The position numbers and the translations under genes were made by a program. A DNA stretch of 64,000 nucleotides from a virus. Below the pieces are notes generated by a model that was not told where the DNA came from, made no database searches, and saw nothing but the letters and a program-made list of their open reading frames with translations. The DNA is taken from IMG/VR virus record IMGVR_UViG_3300022602_000029, positions 64,001 through 128,000 of that record; one strand, 5' to 3'. Position 1 is the first letter of the stretch, and every line of letters starts with the position of its first letter. Positions 1 through 9,771 of the stretch are shown one piece after another.

Positions 1-1176
1 AAATGCAACACTTCCGGCGGGTGTAATACTGCAGTAGGTGCTACTACCCTCCCTGCTAATACCACCGGAGTTTATAATGTCGCAGTAGGATATAACAATC
101 TCCAGTCTAACACCATAGGCTCATGCAACATCTCCATAGGCGCAGCCAACTTACTTTACAATACTTCTGGCTGCGCAAATACAGCAATCGGCCAACTTTC
201 TTTATATTGCAATAAAACCGGTTGCAATAACATCGCAATAGGCTATTGTACCCTCTATAACAATACCTATGGTAGCTATAATATCGCCATGGGCGGATGC
301 TCCATGAAGAATAATATCAGTGGCATCAGCAACGTCGCAATAGGCTATGGTACTCTCGGATGCAACACTACTGGCAGCTGCAACACCGCAATAGGGTCAC
401 GGAGCCTTTATGGCAATACTACAGGCGTTGGTAATACAGTAGTAGGCTATAATGCCAATGTATGTGGCCATGGCGGTAGCAACAACACCGCAGTAGGTAG
501 CCTCAGCCTCTACTTCAACACCTATGGCAACTACAATGTCGCAGTAGGTACCAGCAGCCTCTCCTGTAACACCACGGGTGCCTGCAACGTCGCAGTGGGT
601 GCCAGCAGCCTCTATTGCAATACCACTGGCTGCGCAAATACCGCAGTAGGAACCTACGGCCTCTACCTCAACACCACTGGCATCAGTAACACCGCACTAG
701 GATATATTGCTGGATGCACAAATACCACCGGAGTTAATAACACGTTCTTAGGTAATGGTGCTGTAGGATTAGCCGCAACATGTAGTAATACCATTACGCT
801 AGGTAATAGCTCGATCGCCACTATACGTGCACAGCAAACTAGCATAACAGCACTATCAGACTGCAGAGATAAGACTAATATCTGTGGACTACCGATTGGA
901 TTAGAATTCGTTCGCGCACTACGTCCAGTTAAGTTCGATTGGAATATGAGGGACGGAGCCAAGGTAGGAATACCAGAAGCTGGATTTATCGCCCAGGAAC
1001 TAGATGAGGTCCAAAAGAAATTCACAGCTACTGATTACTTGAATTTGATCATCAGTAACGAAGATGGATCGAGGCTAGAAGCTACTCCGGGTAAACTTTT
1101 ACCAGTACTAGTACGTGCTATCCAAGAACTCAGTATCGAAGTGGATAGATTACGTAGCCTAGTAGAACCACAATAA
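1..1176 (+). CDS. Tail fibre/adhesin with ~14-aa N-T-A/V-x-G repeats and a C-terminal intramolecular chaperone (peptidase S74-like); 5' partial
   Basis: Frame is open from base 1 (KCNTSGGCNTAVG...). Repeats end in a 'SDCRDKTNI...LRPVKFDW...GFIAQEL' chaperone-type tail. Confidence 0.85.
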   Translation, partial: KCNTSGGCNTAVGATTLPANTTGVYNVAVGYNNLQSNTIGSCNISIGAANLLYNTSGCANTAIGQLSLYCNKTGCNNIAIGYCTLYNNTYGSYNIAMGGCSMKNNISGISNVAIGYGTLGCNTTGSCNTAIGSRSLYGNTTGVGNTVVGYNANVCGHGGSNNTAVGSLSLYFNTYGNYNVAVGTSSLSCNTTGACNVAVGASSLYCNTTGCANTAVGTYGLYLNTTGISNTALGYIAGCTNTTGVNNTFLGNGAVGLAATCSNTITLGNSSIATIRAQQTSITALSDCRDKTNICGLPIGLEFVRALRPVKFDWNMRDGAKVGIPEAGFIAQELDEVQKKFTATDYLNLIISNEDGSRLEATPGKLLPVLVRAIQELSIEVDRLRSLVEPQ

Positions 1177-1240
1177 ATCCGCCAGGCCATTGACTTCTGA
1201 TAATTATCAGTATATATTACTGTATCAATCAGAGGATTCA

Positions 1241-2176
1241 ATGGCAAAAACAATAATCTACATCGATGGCGGCGCAGGCCGTGTTATCGCGGCAATACCC
1301 GCATTACTCAAATTCAACAGACTCAACCCAACCCTAGATTGGGCGCTGATCATACCCGCTTGGGACTATCTACTTTGGAGCATTCCGGAACTACAAGATC
1401 GTACCTATGGCGCAGACACCAAAGGCATCTGGGACAATGTGATCAAAGAAGCAGATCTAATCATGACTCCTGAGCCCTATAGGCTACCTGCTTACTTCCG
1501 CCAAGAGATCAGTCTAGTAGAAGGGTTTGATAGAGAGATCAATGGAACTACAGATCATAGTGATCTAGGTATTCCTAAGATGATATTCAGCAAGACTGAA
1601 GAAAAATGGGCAGTCAATACCATAGCTGATGTCAAACAGCAACAGCAGAAAGCCAAAACTATCGTGATACAACCATTCGGTAGAGGTGCTACCTTGGATC
1701 GCAATGATGTCATCGACAGCGCCAGCCGTAGCCTTAGCGCAGATGGCTATATCAGCCTGACTAAGAAACTGGCCGCTAGGTATAACATGATATTTTTCGG
1801 AGAGCAACAACTACAGATCACCACCGACAGTTACACAGTCAAGTTACCTCCACAGACTGACCTACGCATGTGGGCATCATTGATCAGCTATGCTGACTAT
1901 TTCGTAGGGGTAGATTCGGTGGGACAACATATGGCACGTGCAGTAGGTTGTCCAGGAACTGTTATATTTGGTAGCACGTTCCCTGTCAATACCAGCTATC
2001 CAGATTATTTCCAAATCATAGAGAAAGCAGGACAGAAAAAATACAGTCCGATACGTATCACTGGACTAGACAGCGTGTTAGCAGATCGTTATAATGATAC
2101 TATGATGGATTTTGATGAGAGTGAAATCACTAATATCTACAACATGATCGTAGCAGACATAGAGAAAACAAAATAA
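1241..2176 (+). CDS. GT9/heptosyltransferase-like glycosyltransferase
   Basis: N-terminal GGAGRVIAAIP and C-terminal FVGVDSVGQHMARAVG motifs. Start moved to ATG 1241 behind a GAGGA RBS. Confidence 0.7.
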   Translation: MAKTIIYIDGGAGRVIAAIPALLKFNRLNPTLDWALIIPAWDYLLWSIPELQDRTYGADTKGIWDNVIKEADLIMTPEPYRLPAYFRQEISLVEGFDREINGTTDHSDLGIPKMIFSKTEEKWAVNTIADVKQQQQKAKTIVIQPFGRGATLDRNDVIDSASRSLSADGYISLTKKLAARYNMIFFGEQQLQITTDSYTVKLPPQTDLRMWASLISYADYFVGVDSVGQHMARAVGCPGTVIFGSTFPVNTSYPDYFQIIEKAGQKKYSPIRITGLDSVLADRYNDTMMDFDESEITNIYNMIVADIEKTK

Positions 2177-3870
2177 TGTATAATATACTAGCGATTAATC
2201 CTGGACATAATGGGTCAGCGGCATTGGTATCGGATGGCAAGGTAGTATTCTACGCAGAAGAAGAACGTCTAAGCCGTATGAAATATGACGGCAATCCTTT
2301 CCGTGCTATGTTGACTGTGTTAGAAAGCACACATGTAGATGAACTAGTGATCGGCGGAACCAGCCCCGACCTAGTCAAACTACCTTGGACCTATGAAGAT
2401 GCTTATACAGCACTGGTCCGCAAGTTTAATCCCAAGGTAAAAGTAACTAATCTTGGACATCAGCATCATCTTGGACATGCCGCAGGCGCTTTTTATAATA
2501 GTGGATTCACTACTGCTGTAGCAGTGATAGCCGATGGTGCCGGTAGTGTACACAGCGCCAAGATGGGCGACGCAGAAGATAGTCCTGTTACCAGTGGATT
2601 TGAAACAGAAAGCATCTACAAGTGCAGTTATCCCAATGGGTTTGATACCGTGTATAAACGCTATGCTGACGGTAGTGCTAGATATTTTGACAACGGAGTA
2701 CAGGAGTTTGATAATTCTGTCACTATCACTAAAGCCTATGAAGCTGTCAGTAACTATCTAGGATTTGGTTTTATCGAAGCTGGTAAGACCATGGGACTAG
2801 CACCCTACGGAAAGTATGACTCTAACATACCTAATTTCTTTGTAGAAGGTAAAGGCAACAAAAATCTATTGCAACCTATGTATCCGGCCGGTGCTCTAAT
2901 AGATGAAAATAGATTTACATACTTGCGCAGGACCCAAGATCCATCTGTATGGCATCATGATTTCAGTAAGGTCCGTGATATAGACAAGAATCTAGCCTGG
3001 CACATACAGCAAGAATCGCAGGAACAACTGGGCGATATCATCGAGTTAGCTGTACAGAAGACAGGAGAAAAGAATGTGGTTATCGCAGGAGGCTATGGAC
3101 TTAACTGTGTAGCCAACTACTATTACCTAGAAAGATTTCCCGAGCTTAATATCTATGTAGATCCCATAGCACACGATGGTGGAACAGCACTAGGTCTGGC
3201 GCTTTTAGCATGGCATCTACATAGCAACAGCACTATTCCTAATCCTCTTACTACCTTATATCTAGGCCTAGAGCCGTCATATGATGATCTCAAAGCGATA
3301 CATAGTAAAAACCTTAAGGTCGTGGATGATGTCACACCTGATGATATCGCACAGTTATTGGTCGATCAAAATATCGTGGCCATGTTTAGGGGAAGTGCCG
3401 AAGCAGGCCCTAGAGCATTAGGTAATAGAAGTATCTTATTTGATCCTCGCGGTGCTAATGGTAAAGATTTTGTAAACAAGGTCAAGGGTCGTGAATGGTT
3501 CAGACCATTCGCTGGAAGTGTATTGGAAGAATATGCGCACGAATGGTTTGAGATGAGAGGCTTGAAATCTAGCCCATTTATGATGTATGCCATCAATGTA
3601 TTACCTAGTAAACTAGGAGAGATTCCTGCTGTAACTCACGTAGATGGAACATGCCGTGTACAAACAGTAAGTAAGGGTGACAATATAGACTACTATAATC
3701 TGATTAACTCGTTTTATAAGATGACCGGAGTTCCTATGTTGTTTAATACCAGTTTTAATCTAGCCGGTGATCCTTTGGTTGAAACACTAGAAGATGCCAT
3801 TGACACGCTGGCAAGATCGGATATAAAATATCTATATCTATCAGAAGTAGGAAAGCTAATAATAAAATAA
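2176..3870 (+). CDS. Carbamoyltransferase (NodU/CmcH family)
   Basis: GHNGSAALV, EEERLSR, HHLGHAAGAF, GPRALGNRSIL, RPFA and NTSFN motifs. Confidence 0.92.
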   Translation: MYNILAINPGHNGSAALVSDGKVVFYAEEERLSRMKYDGNPFRAMLTVLESTHVDELVIGGTSPDLVKLPWTYEDAYTALVRKFNPKVKVTNLGHQHHLGHAAGAFYNSGFTTAVAVIADGAGSVHSAKMGDAEDSPVTSGFETESIYKCSYPNGFDTVYKRYADGSARYFDNGVQEFDNSVTITKAYEAVSNYLGFGFIEAGKTMGLAPYGKYDSNIPNFFVEGKGNKNLLQPMYPAGALIDENRFTYLRRTQDPSVWHHDFSKVRDIDKNLAWHIQQESQEQLGDIIELAVQKTGEKNVVIAGGYGLNCVANYYYLERFPELNIYVDPIAHDGGTALGLALLAWHLHSNSTIPNPLTTLYLGLEPSYDDLKAIHSKNLKVVDDVTPDDIAQLLVDQNIVAMFRGSAEAGPRALGNRSILFDPRGANGKDFVNKVKGREWFRPFAGSVLEEYAHEWFEMRGLKSSPFMMYAINVLPSKLGEIPAVTHVDGTCRVQTVSKGDNIDYYNLINSFYKMTGVPMLFNTSFNLAGDPLVETLEDAIDTLARSDIKYLYLSEVGKLIIK

Positions 3871-4686
3871 ATGCAAAAATATCATTTTATATCAGGATTA
3901 CCGCGTAGTGGATCTACGTTATTAACATCAATCCTAAAACAAAATCCTAGATTTACCGCACAGATAAGTGATCCATTGCATGATTATGCCAGGAACATAT
4001 TAACCACTACACACGCCAGCGTAGGTATGGAGTCTGCGGTACCTATAGAAAAACGCCAAAGGTTGATCAAAGGTCTTTTTAAGGCATTTTACGAAGATGG
4101 TAATGAAGTATGTTTTAATACTAATCGTGCCTGGACTTCGCAGACTCCACTGGTAAGAGATCTATTCCCCGGTAGCAAGATCATCATCTGTATAAGGGAT
4201 GTGCCTTGGATATTGGACAGTTTTGAACAGCTCAATGCCAAGAATCCCTATACGATAAAAGCCTTATATCATCACCAAGATCTAGGCACGGTATATCATA
4301 GATCTCAATCTTTGATGGATCCAAACAACGGATATGTAGCAGGTCCTATTACCTGTCTAAAACAGGCCCTTTTCAGCAATGAAAAAGATATGTTGTGCGT
4401 AGTCGATTATGATGCGCTATCTAAAAGGCCACAAGAAACTATGGAAACGATATATGGTTTCTTAAACGAACCCTACTATGATCACGATTTTGATAATGTC
4501 GAAGATAGCTACGACGAGTTTGATGAAGCTACCAACATAAAGGGTCTACATACAGTTAGGAAAAAAGTAGAATATAAACAGAGAAAACCGATCATCCCAT
4601 CAGATCTATGGCAACAAAATGTTGGACAGAGTTTCTGGAAGTTTGATTTTGATCATATAAAGAGACAAATACTATGGATAGAATAA
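3871..4686 (+). CDS. Sulfotransferase
   Basis: 5'-PSB loop ISGLPRSGSTLL; IICIRD motif. Confidence 0.85.
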   Translation: MQKYHFISGLPRSGSTLLTSILKQNPRFTAQISDPLHDYARNILTTTHASVGMESAVPIEKRQRLIKGLFKAFYEDGNEVCFNTNRAWTSQTPLVRDLFPGSKIIICIRDVPWILDSFEQLNAKNPYTIKALYHHQDLGTVYHRSQSLMDPNNGYVAGPITCLKQALFSNEKDMLCVVDYDALSKRPQETMETIYGFLNEPYYDHDFDNVEDSYDEFDEATNIKGLHTVRKKVEYKQRKPIIPSDLWQQNVGQSFWKFDFDHIKRQILWIE

Positions 4687-5462
4687 GCAGAAAATTTAAC
4701 AAACAACTACAGGAACCTCAAGCACCCCAGAATCAACCTCGGCGGGTATTGATAGGAACTCCATGTTATGACGGTCGTATCGAAGTGTGGTATGCCAACA
4801 GCCTCATCCAGACTATACGCATGGGACTACAACTAGGTATAGAGATCATGCCTATATGGTTAAGTTATGATGCCCTGATACAGCGTGCTAGGAACGATCT
4901 CATGGGCATAATGATAGAAAGTGGATTTGATGATATAGTGTTTATCGACAGTGATATAGATTGGGTACCTGAGGAATTTTTTAAGTTGTTGAACCATCCG
5001 GTAGATGTAGTCGGTGGAACATATCGTAAAAAAGGTGATCTAGAACAATATGTGGCCAAGATATTAGATACCAAGAGATCGAGAGATCCTAGCAATGGTT
5101 TAATACATGCAGAAGGATTAGGTACAGGATTCTTACGTATGTCCAAGGCTGCCGTACAGTATCTATGGGATAACAGCACGCCTTACGAAGAAAAAGATCA
5201 AGGAAAAGTGCGTCGTTGGATATTTGATGTAGAGATTAAAAACGGCGAGATTTTTAGCGAAGATATACTAGTATGCCAGAAACTAAACGACGGTGGCATA
5301 CCGGTTTGGTTAGACCCAACTATAACCTGCGGGCATATAGGAACCAAGAGATTTGCTGGAAACTTTGAAGCTTGGTACGACAATATGCAGAAAGGACAAA
5401 ATATGTCTCCGACTGGATATGGCGGAGCAACACCGCCCGATATTAAATCATTATACGAGTAA
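4674..5462 (+). CDS. GT-A fold glycosyltransferase
   Basis: VLIGTPCY, RARN, FIDSD (DxD), GTGF, SED and GHIG motifs. Confidence 0.75.
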   Translation: MDRISRKFNKQLQEPQAPQNQPRRVLIGTPCYDGRIEVWYANSLIQTIRMGLQLGIEIMPIWLSYDALIQRARNDLMGIMIESGFDDIVFIDSDIDWVPEEFFKLLNHPVDVVGGTYRKKGDLEQYVAKILDTKRSRDPSNGLIHAEGLGTGFLRMSKAAVQYLWDNSTPYEEKDQGKVRRWIFDVEIKNGEIFSEDILVCQKLNDGGIPVWLDPTITCGHIGTKRFAGNFEAWYDNMQKGQNMSPTGYGGATPPDIKSLYE

Positions 5463-5466
5463 TCAC

Positions 5467-6117
5467 ATGGGACGTTTTAGTGTAGAAAAAAGCATAGTTA
5501 CCAACGCACCGATAGCAGAACAACAGGGGGTAGGCGTCTATACTCCTCTACAGATGCCTACAACCTTTGACAAATACACTATCGCATTAGATAGAGACGG
5601 TGTCATGGTAGAATGCGGAGATGCTATCACAGGTCCAGACACATTCAACCCTATAGATGGATCATTTAGAGCAGTAGCTTTGATACGCAGTAAAGGACAC
5701 AAGATAGTAATATTGTTTGATCAACCAGGAGTCGTGCAGAAAAAAGTAACGATAGAACAGGTCGAAGATTGTAATAGACACATGCTACAGCTATTAGGAC
5801 AGGCAGGCTGCACTAGTATTGACGGTATATGGTATAACACCAGTAGTCGTAAAGAAGATGTTTATGCTAAACCTAATACTGGTTTATTCAAACATGCTGA
5901 GTCTAATAGTCCGGGGGTAAAGATCTCCGGGGGAGTATATGTCGGAGATAGTATCGAAGATCTAGTCATGGCAGACAAAGCCGGCGCTACTCCTGTACTA
6001 GTGTTAACCGGTAAAGGTCAGAAGACCGCTGAAAAACTCAAAAATCCTATCTATAGATTATTACAACCAAAAGTAAAAATCTATGATAATCTTATGAAGT
6101 TTGCGGAGGCACTATGA
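5467..6117 (+). CDS. gmhB: HAD phosphatase, GmhB/histidinol-phosphatase-like
   Basis: LDRDGV, KPNTG and VGDS motifs. Start moved to ATG 5467, just after the upstream stop. Confidence 0.7.
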   Translation: MGRFSVEKSIVTNAPIAEQQGVGVYTPLQMPTTFDKYTIALDRDGVMVECGDAITGPDTFNPIDGSFRAVALIRSKGHKIVILFDQPGVVQKKVTIEQVEDCNRHMLQLLGQAGCTSIDGIWYNTSSRKEDVYAKPNTGLFKHAESNSPGVKISGGVYVGDSIEDLVMADKAGATPVLVLTGKGQKTAEKLKNPIYRLLQPKVKIYDNLMKFAEAL

Positions 6118-7025
6118 AACCATTAGGCGGAAGTGAGCTCATGTATTATACAGTTGATAAACTGTTGAAAACCGGCTACAAAGATAAAGTTAATCTAATC
6201 CTTAGTTTTTGCGATCCTCAATATATAGATCCTACTAAAAAAAATATATTATGGCAACAGTTAAACACTAACGAAGAAACTGTAGCTCTGATGGGAGATC
6301 CTAAGTTTGTAGAAAAAATAGATGCCTTCGTTTGGGTTAGCCATTGGCAATATGAAAAGTTCTTAAAAGAGTTCAAGATGCCTGCTTATAAATGTATGGT
6401 CATAAAAAATGCCAGCCAACCGTGCCAATGGATTCCTAGAGAACAAGGGAAGTTTAAGTTAGTATACACTTCAACTCCTTGGAGAGGGTTGGATATATTG
6501 ATCAAGGCATTTAAGCTGTTGAATCGTTCTGATGTAGAACTCGATGTATTTTCTAGTACTAAGATATATGGACCTAAGTTTGAAGAACAGACCAAAGGTC
6601 AATTTGATCACCTATGGGAAGAGTGCAGGAATACACCGGGCATCACATATCACGGCTATGCCACTAACGATATAGTGCGAGATACTGTTAAGAAAGCACA
6701 CATATTTGCCTATCCTAATACCTTTGAAGAAACAAGTTGTATAAGTGCAATCGAAGCATTGATCTCGGGATGTAAAGTAGTTACAACAGGACACGGTGCC
6801 TTACCTGAAACCTGCGGAGAATGGGCAGATTATATACCTTACGGACCTAATAGAGATATAATGGCAGAGAGATTCGCTCACGCTCTTAATAGGGCGATTA
6901 ACCAATATTGGACGACCAATACACAAGAGTTACTTAAGAGACAGAACGAATACTATAATGGTTTCTATTCTTGGAATACACGTATCTTAGAGTGGCAAGG
7001 TTTGATAGATAGATTATCAAAATGA
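6114..7025 (+). CDS. GT4-like glycosyltransferase
   Basis: YTSTPWRGL and EETSCISAIEA (EX7E) motifs. Confidence 0.8.
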   Translation: MKPLGGSELMYYTVDKLLKTGYKDKVNLILSFCDPQYIDPTKKNILWQQLNTNEETVALMGDPKFVEKIDAFVWVSHWQYEKFLKEFKMPAYKCMVIKNASQPCQWIPREQGKFKLVYTSTPWRGLDILIKAFKLLNRSDVELDVFSSTKIYGPKFEEQTKGQFDHLWEECRNTPGITYHGYATNDIVRDTVKKAHIFAYPNTFEETSCISAIEALISGCKVVTTGHGALPETCGEWADYIPYGPNRDIMAERFAHALNRAINQYWTTNTQELLKRQNEYYNGFYSWNTRILEWQGLIDRLSK

Positions 7026-7639
7026 CAAAAAAGATATTGGTAATGGGCCTGCCGGGATCCGGCAAAACCACGTTTAGCCAAGAGCTCGTAAAAAGGCTCA
7101 TGCTTACCCACACGGTTAAATGGTTTAACGCCGATGCTGTCCGTGAGCAGTACAATGATTGGGATTTCAGCCCAGAAGGCCGTAAGCGGCAGGTCGAGCG
7201 CATGGGTGATCTAGCCAAGAAAGCCGAAGTTGATTTCGCCATATGTGATTTTGTATGTCCCACACAAGACCTGAGAGATGCGTTTGATGCTGATATAGTA
7301 ATATGGATGGATACTATCACAGCGGGTAGATTTGAAGATACTAACAAAGTATTCCAAAAACCTATCGATGTAGATTATCATGTAACCGATTGGAGCGATG
7401 AGTGGGTTAAAAGCATTTCAGCTTCTCTAGCCATACCTAAAAGCGAAAGCCATTTACGAAGCATAGCTAAAGCAGTCAGCTGGAGAACCCTGGGAACTGT
7501 TGATACATTTATATTAAGTTTTATCATCACAGGTCAGGCAAAAATGGCACTTGCTATTAGCGGAGTTGAGATCTTTACTAAAGTATTCCTATTTTGGGCA
7601 CACGAACGCATTTGGACCAGGGTAGGCTGGGGAAGATAA
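7022..7639 (+). CDS. cysC: Adenylylsulfate kinase-like P-loop kinase fused to a C-terminal DUF2061-like membrane domain
   Basis: GLPGSGKTT and NADAVR; C-terminal RSIAKAVSWR...HERIW. Confidence 0.7.
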   Translation: MTKKILVMGLPGSGKTTFSQELVKRLMLTHTVKWFNADAVREQYNDWDFSPEGRKRQVERMGDLAKKAEVDFAICDFVCPTQDLRDAFDADIVIWMDTITAGRFEDTNKVFQKPIDVDYHVTDWSDEWVKSISASLAIPKSESHLRSIAKAVSWRTLGTVDTFILSFIITGQAKMALAISGVEIFTKVFLFWAHERIWTRVGWGR

Positions 7640-7666
7640 TAAATACTATTATAAAAGGAGACTTAG

Positions 7667-7969
7667 ATGTCACAAATCACATTACAAAATGCCGTTGAAG
7701 TAACACCTGCTATCCCAGCAGTAACTTCAAATCAAGTCACTGTACTAGAAGTACGTGAAAACTTTGGTTGGAACTATGATCCAACACAACCTGGTGGATT
7801 TTTTGGTCCAGGACGCCCACAATCAGTAGAAGCTACTGTACTATTGAGCTCAGATCCACAGATCCAACGCACGATTACAGTATGGGAAGGTGATGCTTAT
7901 CTAGCAGTTCGTGGAACATGGACTGATGCTGATCTAGCTACTCGTATTACAGCGATACTAGGCGGTTAA
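7667..7969 (+). CDS. Hypothetical protein
   Basis: ORF preceded by TAAATA and an AAGGAG RBS. Confidence 0.7.
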   Translation: MSQITLQNAVEVTPAIPAVTSNQVTVLEVRENFGWNYDPTQPGGFFGPGRPQSVEATVLLSSDPQIQRTITVWEGDAYLAVRGTWTDADLATRITAILGG

Positions 7970-8388
7970 ATCAACTCTAGCAATAGTTCGATCTTAGTTT
8001 TTATAGATCGATTATTGAGGCTGGTTTTAACACCCTGGTGTAATGGCTTAGGCCATGCGTTAAGGTCACACCAAGCATATCCCGAATGCTCATCATTGAG
8101 CGTCGGGATAAATTCTTTTTCTACGATCAAAACGTAGGTATTATATTGAAACTGTTGGTCGTTACTAGTGAATAGTTCTAAAGGAACTATTTTTTTTATG
8201 ACCGGAGTTTTGCCTACTTCTTCTTCTATTTCTCTTTTAAGAGCATCATAGGGCGTATGGTCCTGTGGTTCTTTCTTTCCGCCCACAAGGCCCCATGTTC
8301 CTGCTGTCTTTCCTTGAGTCCTTAGCAAGAATAAAAATCTTTTAGTATCTTTAGTTAAGAATAAACCGCCACTGCAAACTATCTGCAT
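7966..8388 (-). CDS. NUDIX hydrolase
   Basis: Nudix box GGKKEPQDHTPYDALKREIEEEVG. Confidence 0.9.
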   Translation of the reverse strand: MQIVCSGGLFLTKDTKRFLFLLRTQGKTAGTWGLVGGKKEPQDHTPYDALKREIEEEVGKTPVIKKIVPLELFTSNDQQFQYNTYVLIVEKEFIPTLNDEHSGYAWCDLNAWPKPLHQGVKTSLNNRSIKTKIELLLELI

Positions 8389-9771
8389 TTATAATATTAA
8401 ACTCCAGTTACCTCTATCATACACACCTTCAAAAGATTTGGTCCATTGCGTACCATCCCATTTGTATTGTATCCCTGTATATGTATTAGTTATATAGGTA
8501 GTTGAAGTAACTTCTGCGGAATTGAAAATAACACTCCATGTCGTTCCATTAGTTGTTATTATATCATTAGCGTGGGCTATGAACTGTGAACCATTGAGAT
8601 TCTTCCATGCCTTGGCATCAGAGGGAATATCTTCTAATATTAGATATCTTGTATTAGGCTTAGTGATTCCTGGATTTAGTGTGGTAGGATCTACGATGGC
8701 ATCAATAGTACCTCTACCGTCGATTATGGTATTAGAAGGAATAGTATCTTGATCAAAGTTTAGATTTAGGTTAAAATCGTTTAAAGGATTCAAAGAGACA
8801 TAAGCGATGATCTGTGTCCCTGACGGAGTATTCAATCTAAGTTGGCTCAATCCTGCTGTAAATTCTCCAGGATATAAATCCAATAGCGTCTGCCACTGGA
8901 CTGAATGCACTGATGATGTGCTGGTCAAACTGTTATACAACTGATCATCCTTATATGGTATAAGGCTCGCTACTCCATCTAATACCAATAGATCGAAATT
9001 TCCAGGAGTTATGGCGGTCCTAGCGGTAGGAGTCTGTCCTTCGAAGAGATCAGTTAAACCTTGGTATGTAGAATAAGGTGCATTTTCTAATGTTCCTGTT
9101 GGCTCGGCATAGATATTGGCTATGATCTTGGTGATGATGCCCATCTGCAGTATCTTAGCAGGAGGGGTGATCCATATAGGACTATTAAAACTTATGCTAC
9201 ACACACTGATATCACTTTCTAATCCTTGGGGAATACTTCGACTCTCCCAAACCATACTGCTTATCTCTAGATAACTTAAACTGGTCCAATCGATATAGTT
9301 GTCAGAACTCTGTATCTCTAAAGCAGGATTGAACAACACAGCTATCTGTTCCCATAGTTGTAGTTTTTGTTCAGTGTTAGTTACCCATATATCGGCATTA
9401 AAGGTCACCTTATAGGGTGTAGGCATCATGCGCTGTACCGTATAGTTTTGACCCTGTGTGTTTACGTATTGTGATCCATCGGCATTCGTACCTCTTTCTC
9501 TTATCTGCACAGATTCTACGAAACTAGGATCCTGCATCCTATCTCGATCAAACTGTAGATCCTTAATATAACAAGATATAAACGGAGCACTTTGGATGAC
9601 ATTCTCGCTATTTTTACTAATAATCTGTGCTACCTGTCGACTCATGTCACCATACCGTACCGGTACCTGTGTAAGATTACCCCTAGCATCTTTGTAACTA
9701 AAGTTACTCATGACACGTATAAACTGTGTAAGGAATCTCCTTACCTGTCCATCATAAAAAAACTGGCTCAT
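8389..9771 (-). CDS. gp15: Tail sheath stabiliser/terminator (T4 gp15-like) with C-terminal extension
   Basis: N-terminus FFYDGQVRRFL, VPVRYG and MPTPY resembles gp15; neck-gene synteny. Confidence 0.8.
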   Translation of the reverse strand: MSQFFYDGQVRRFLTQFIRVMSNFSYKDARGNLTQVPVRYGDMSRQVAQIISKNSENVIQSAPFISCYIKDLQFDRDRMQDPSFVESVQIRERGTNADGSQYVNTQGQNYTVQRMMPTPYKVTFNADIWVTNTEQKLQLWEQIAVLFNPALEIQSSDNYIDWTSLSYLEISSMVWESRSIPQGLESDISVCSISFNSPIWITPPAKILQMGIITKIIANIYAEPTGTLENAPYSTYQGLTDLFEGQTPTARTAITPGNFDLLVLDGVASLIPYKDDQLYNSLTSTSSVHSVQWQTLLDLYPGEFTAGLSQLRLNTPSGTQIIAYVSLNPLNDFNLNLNFDQDTIPSNTIIDGRGTIDAIVDPTTLNPGITKPNTRYLILEDIPSDAKAWKNLNGSQFIAHANDIITTNGTTWSVIFNSAEVTSTTYITNTYTGIQYKWDGTQWTKSFEGVYDRGNWSLIL

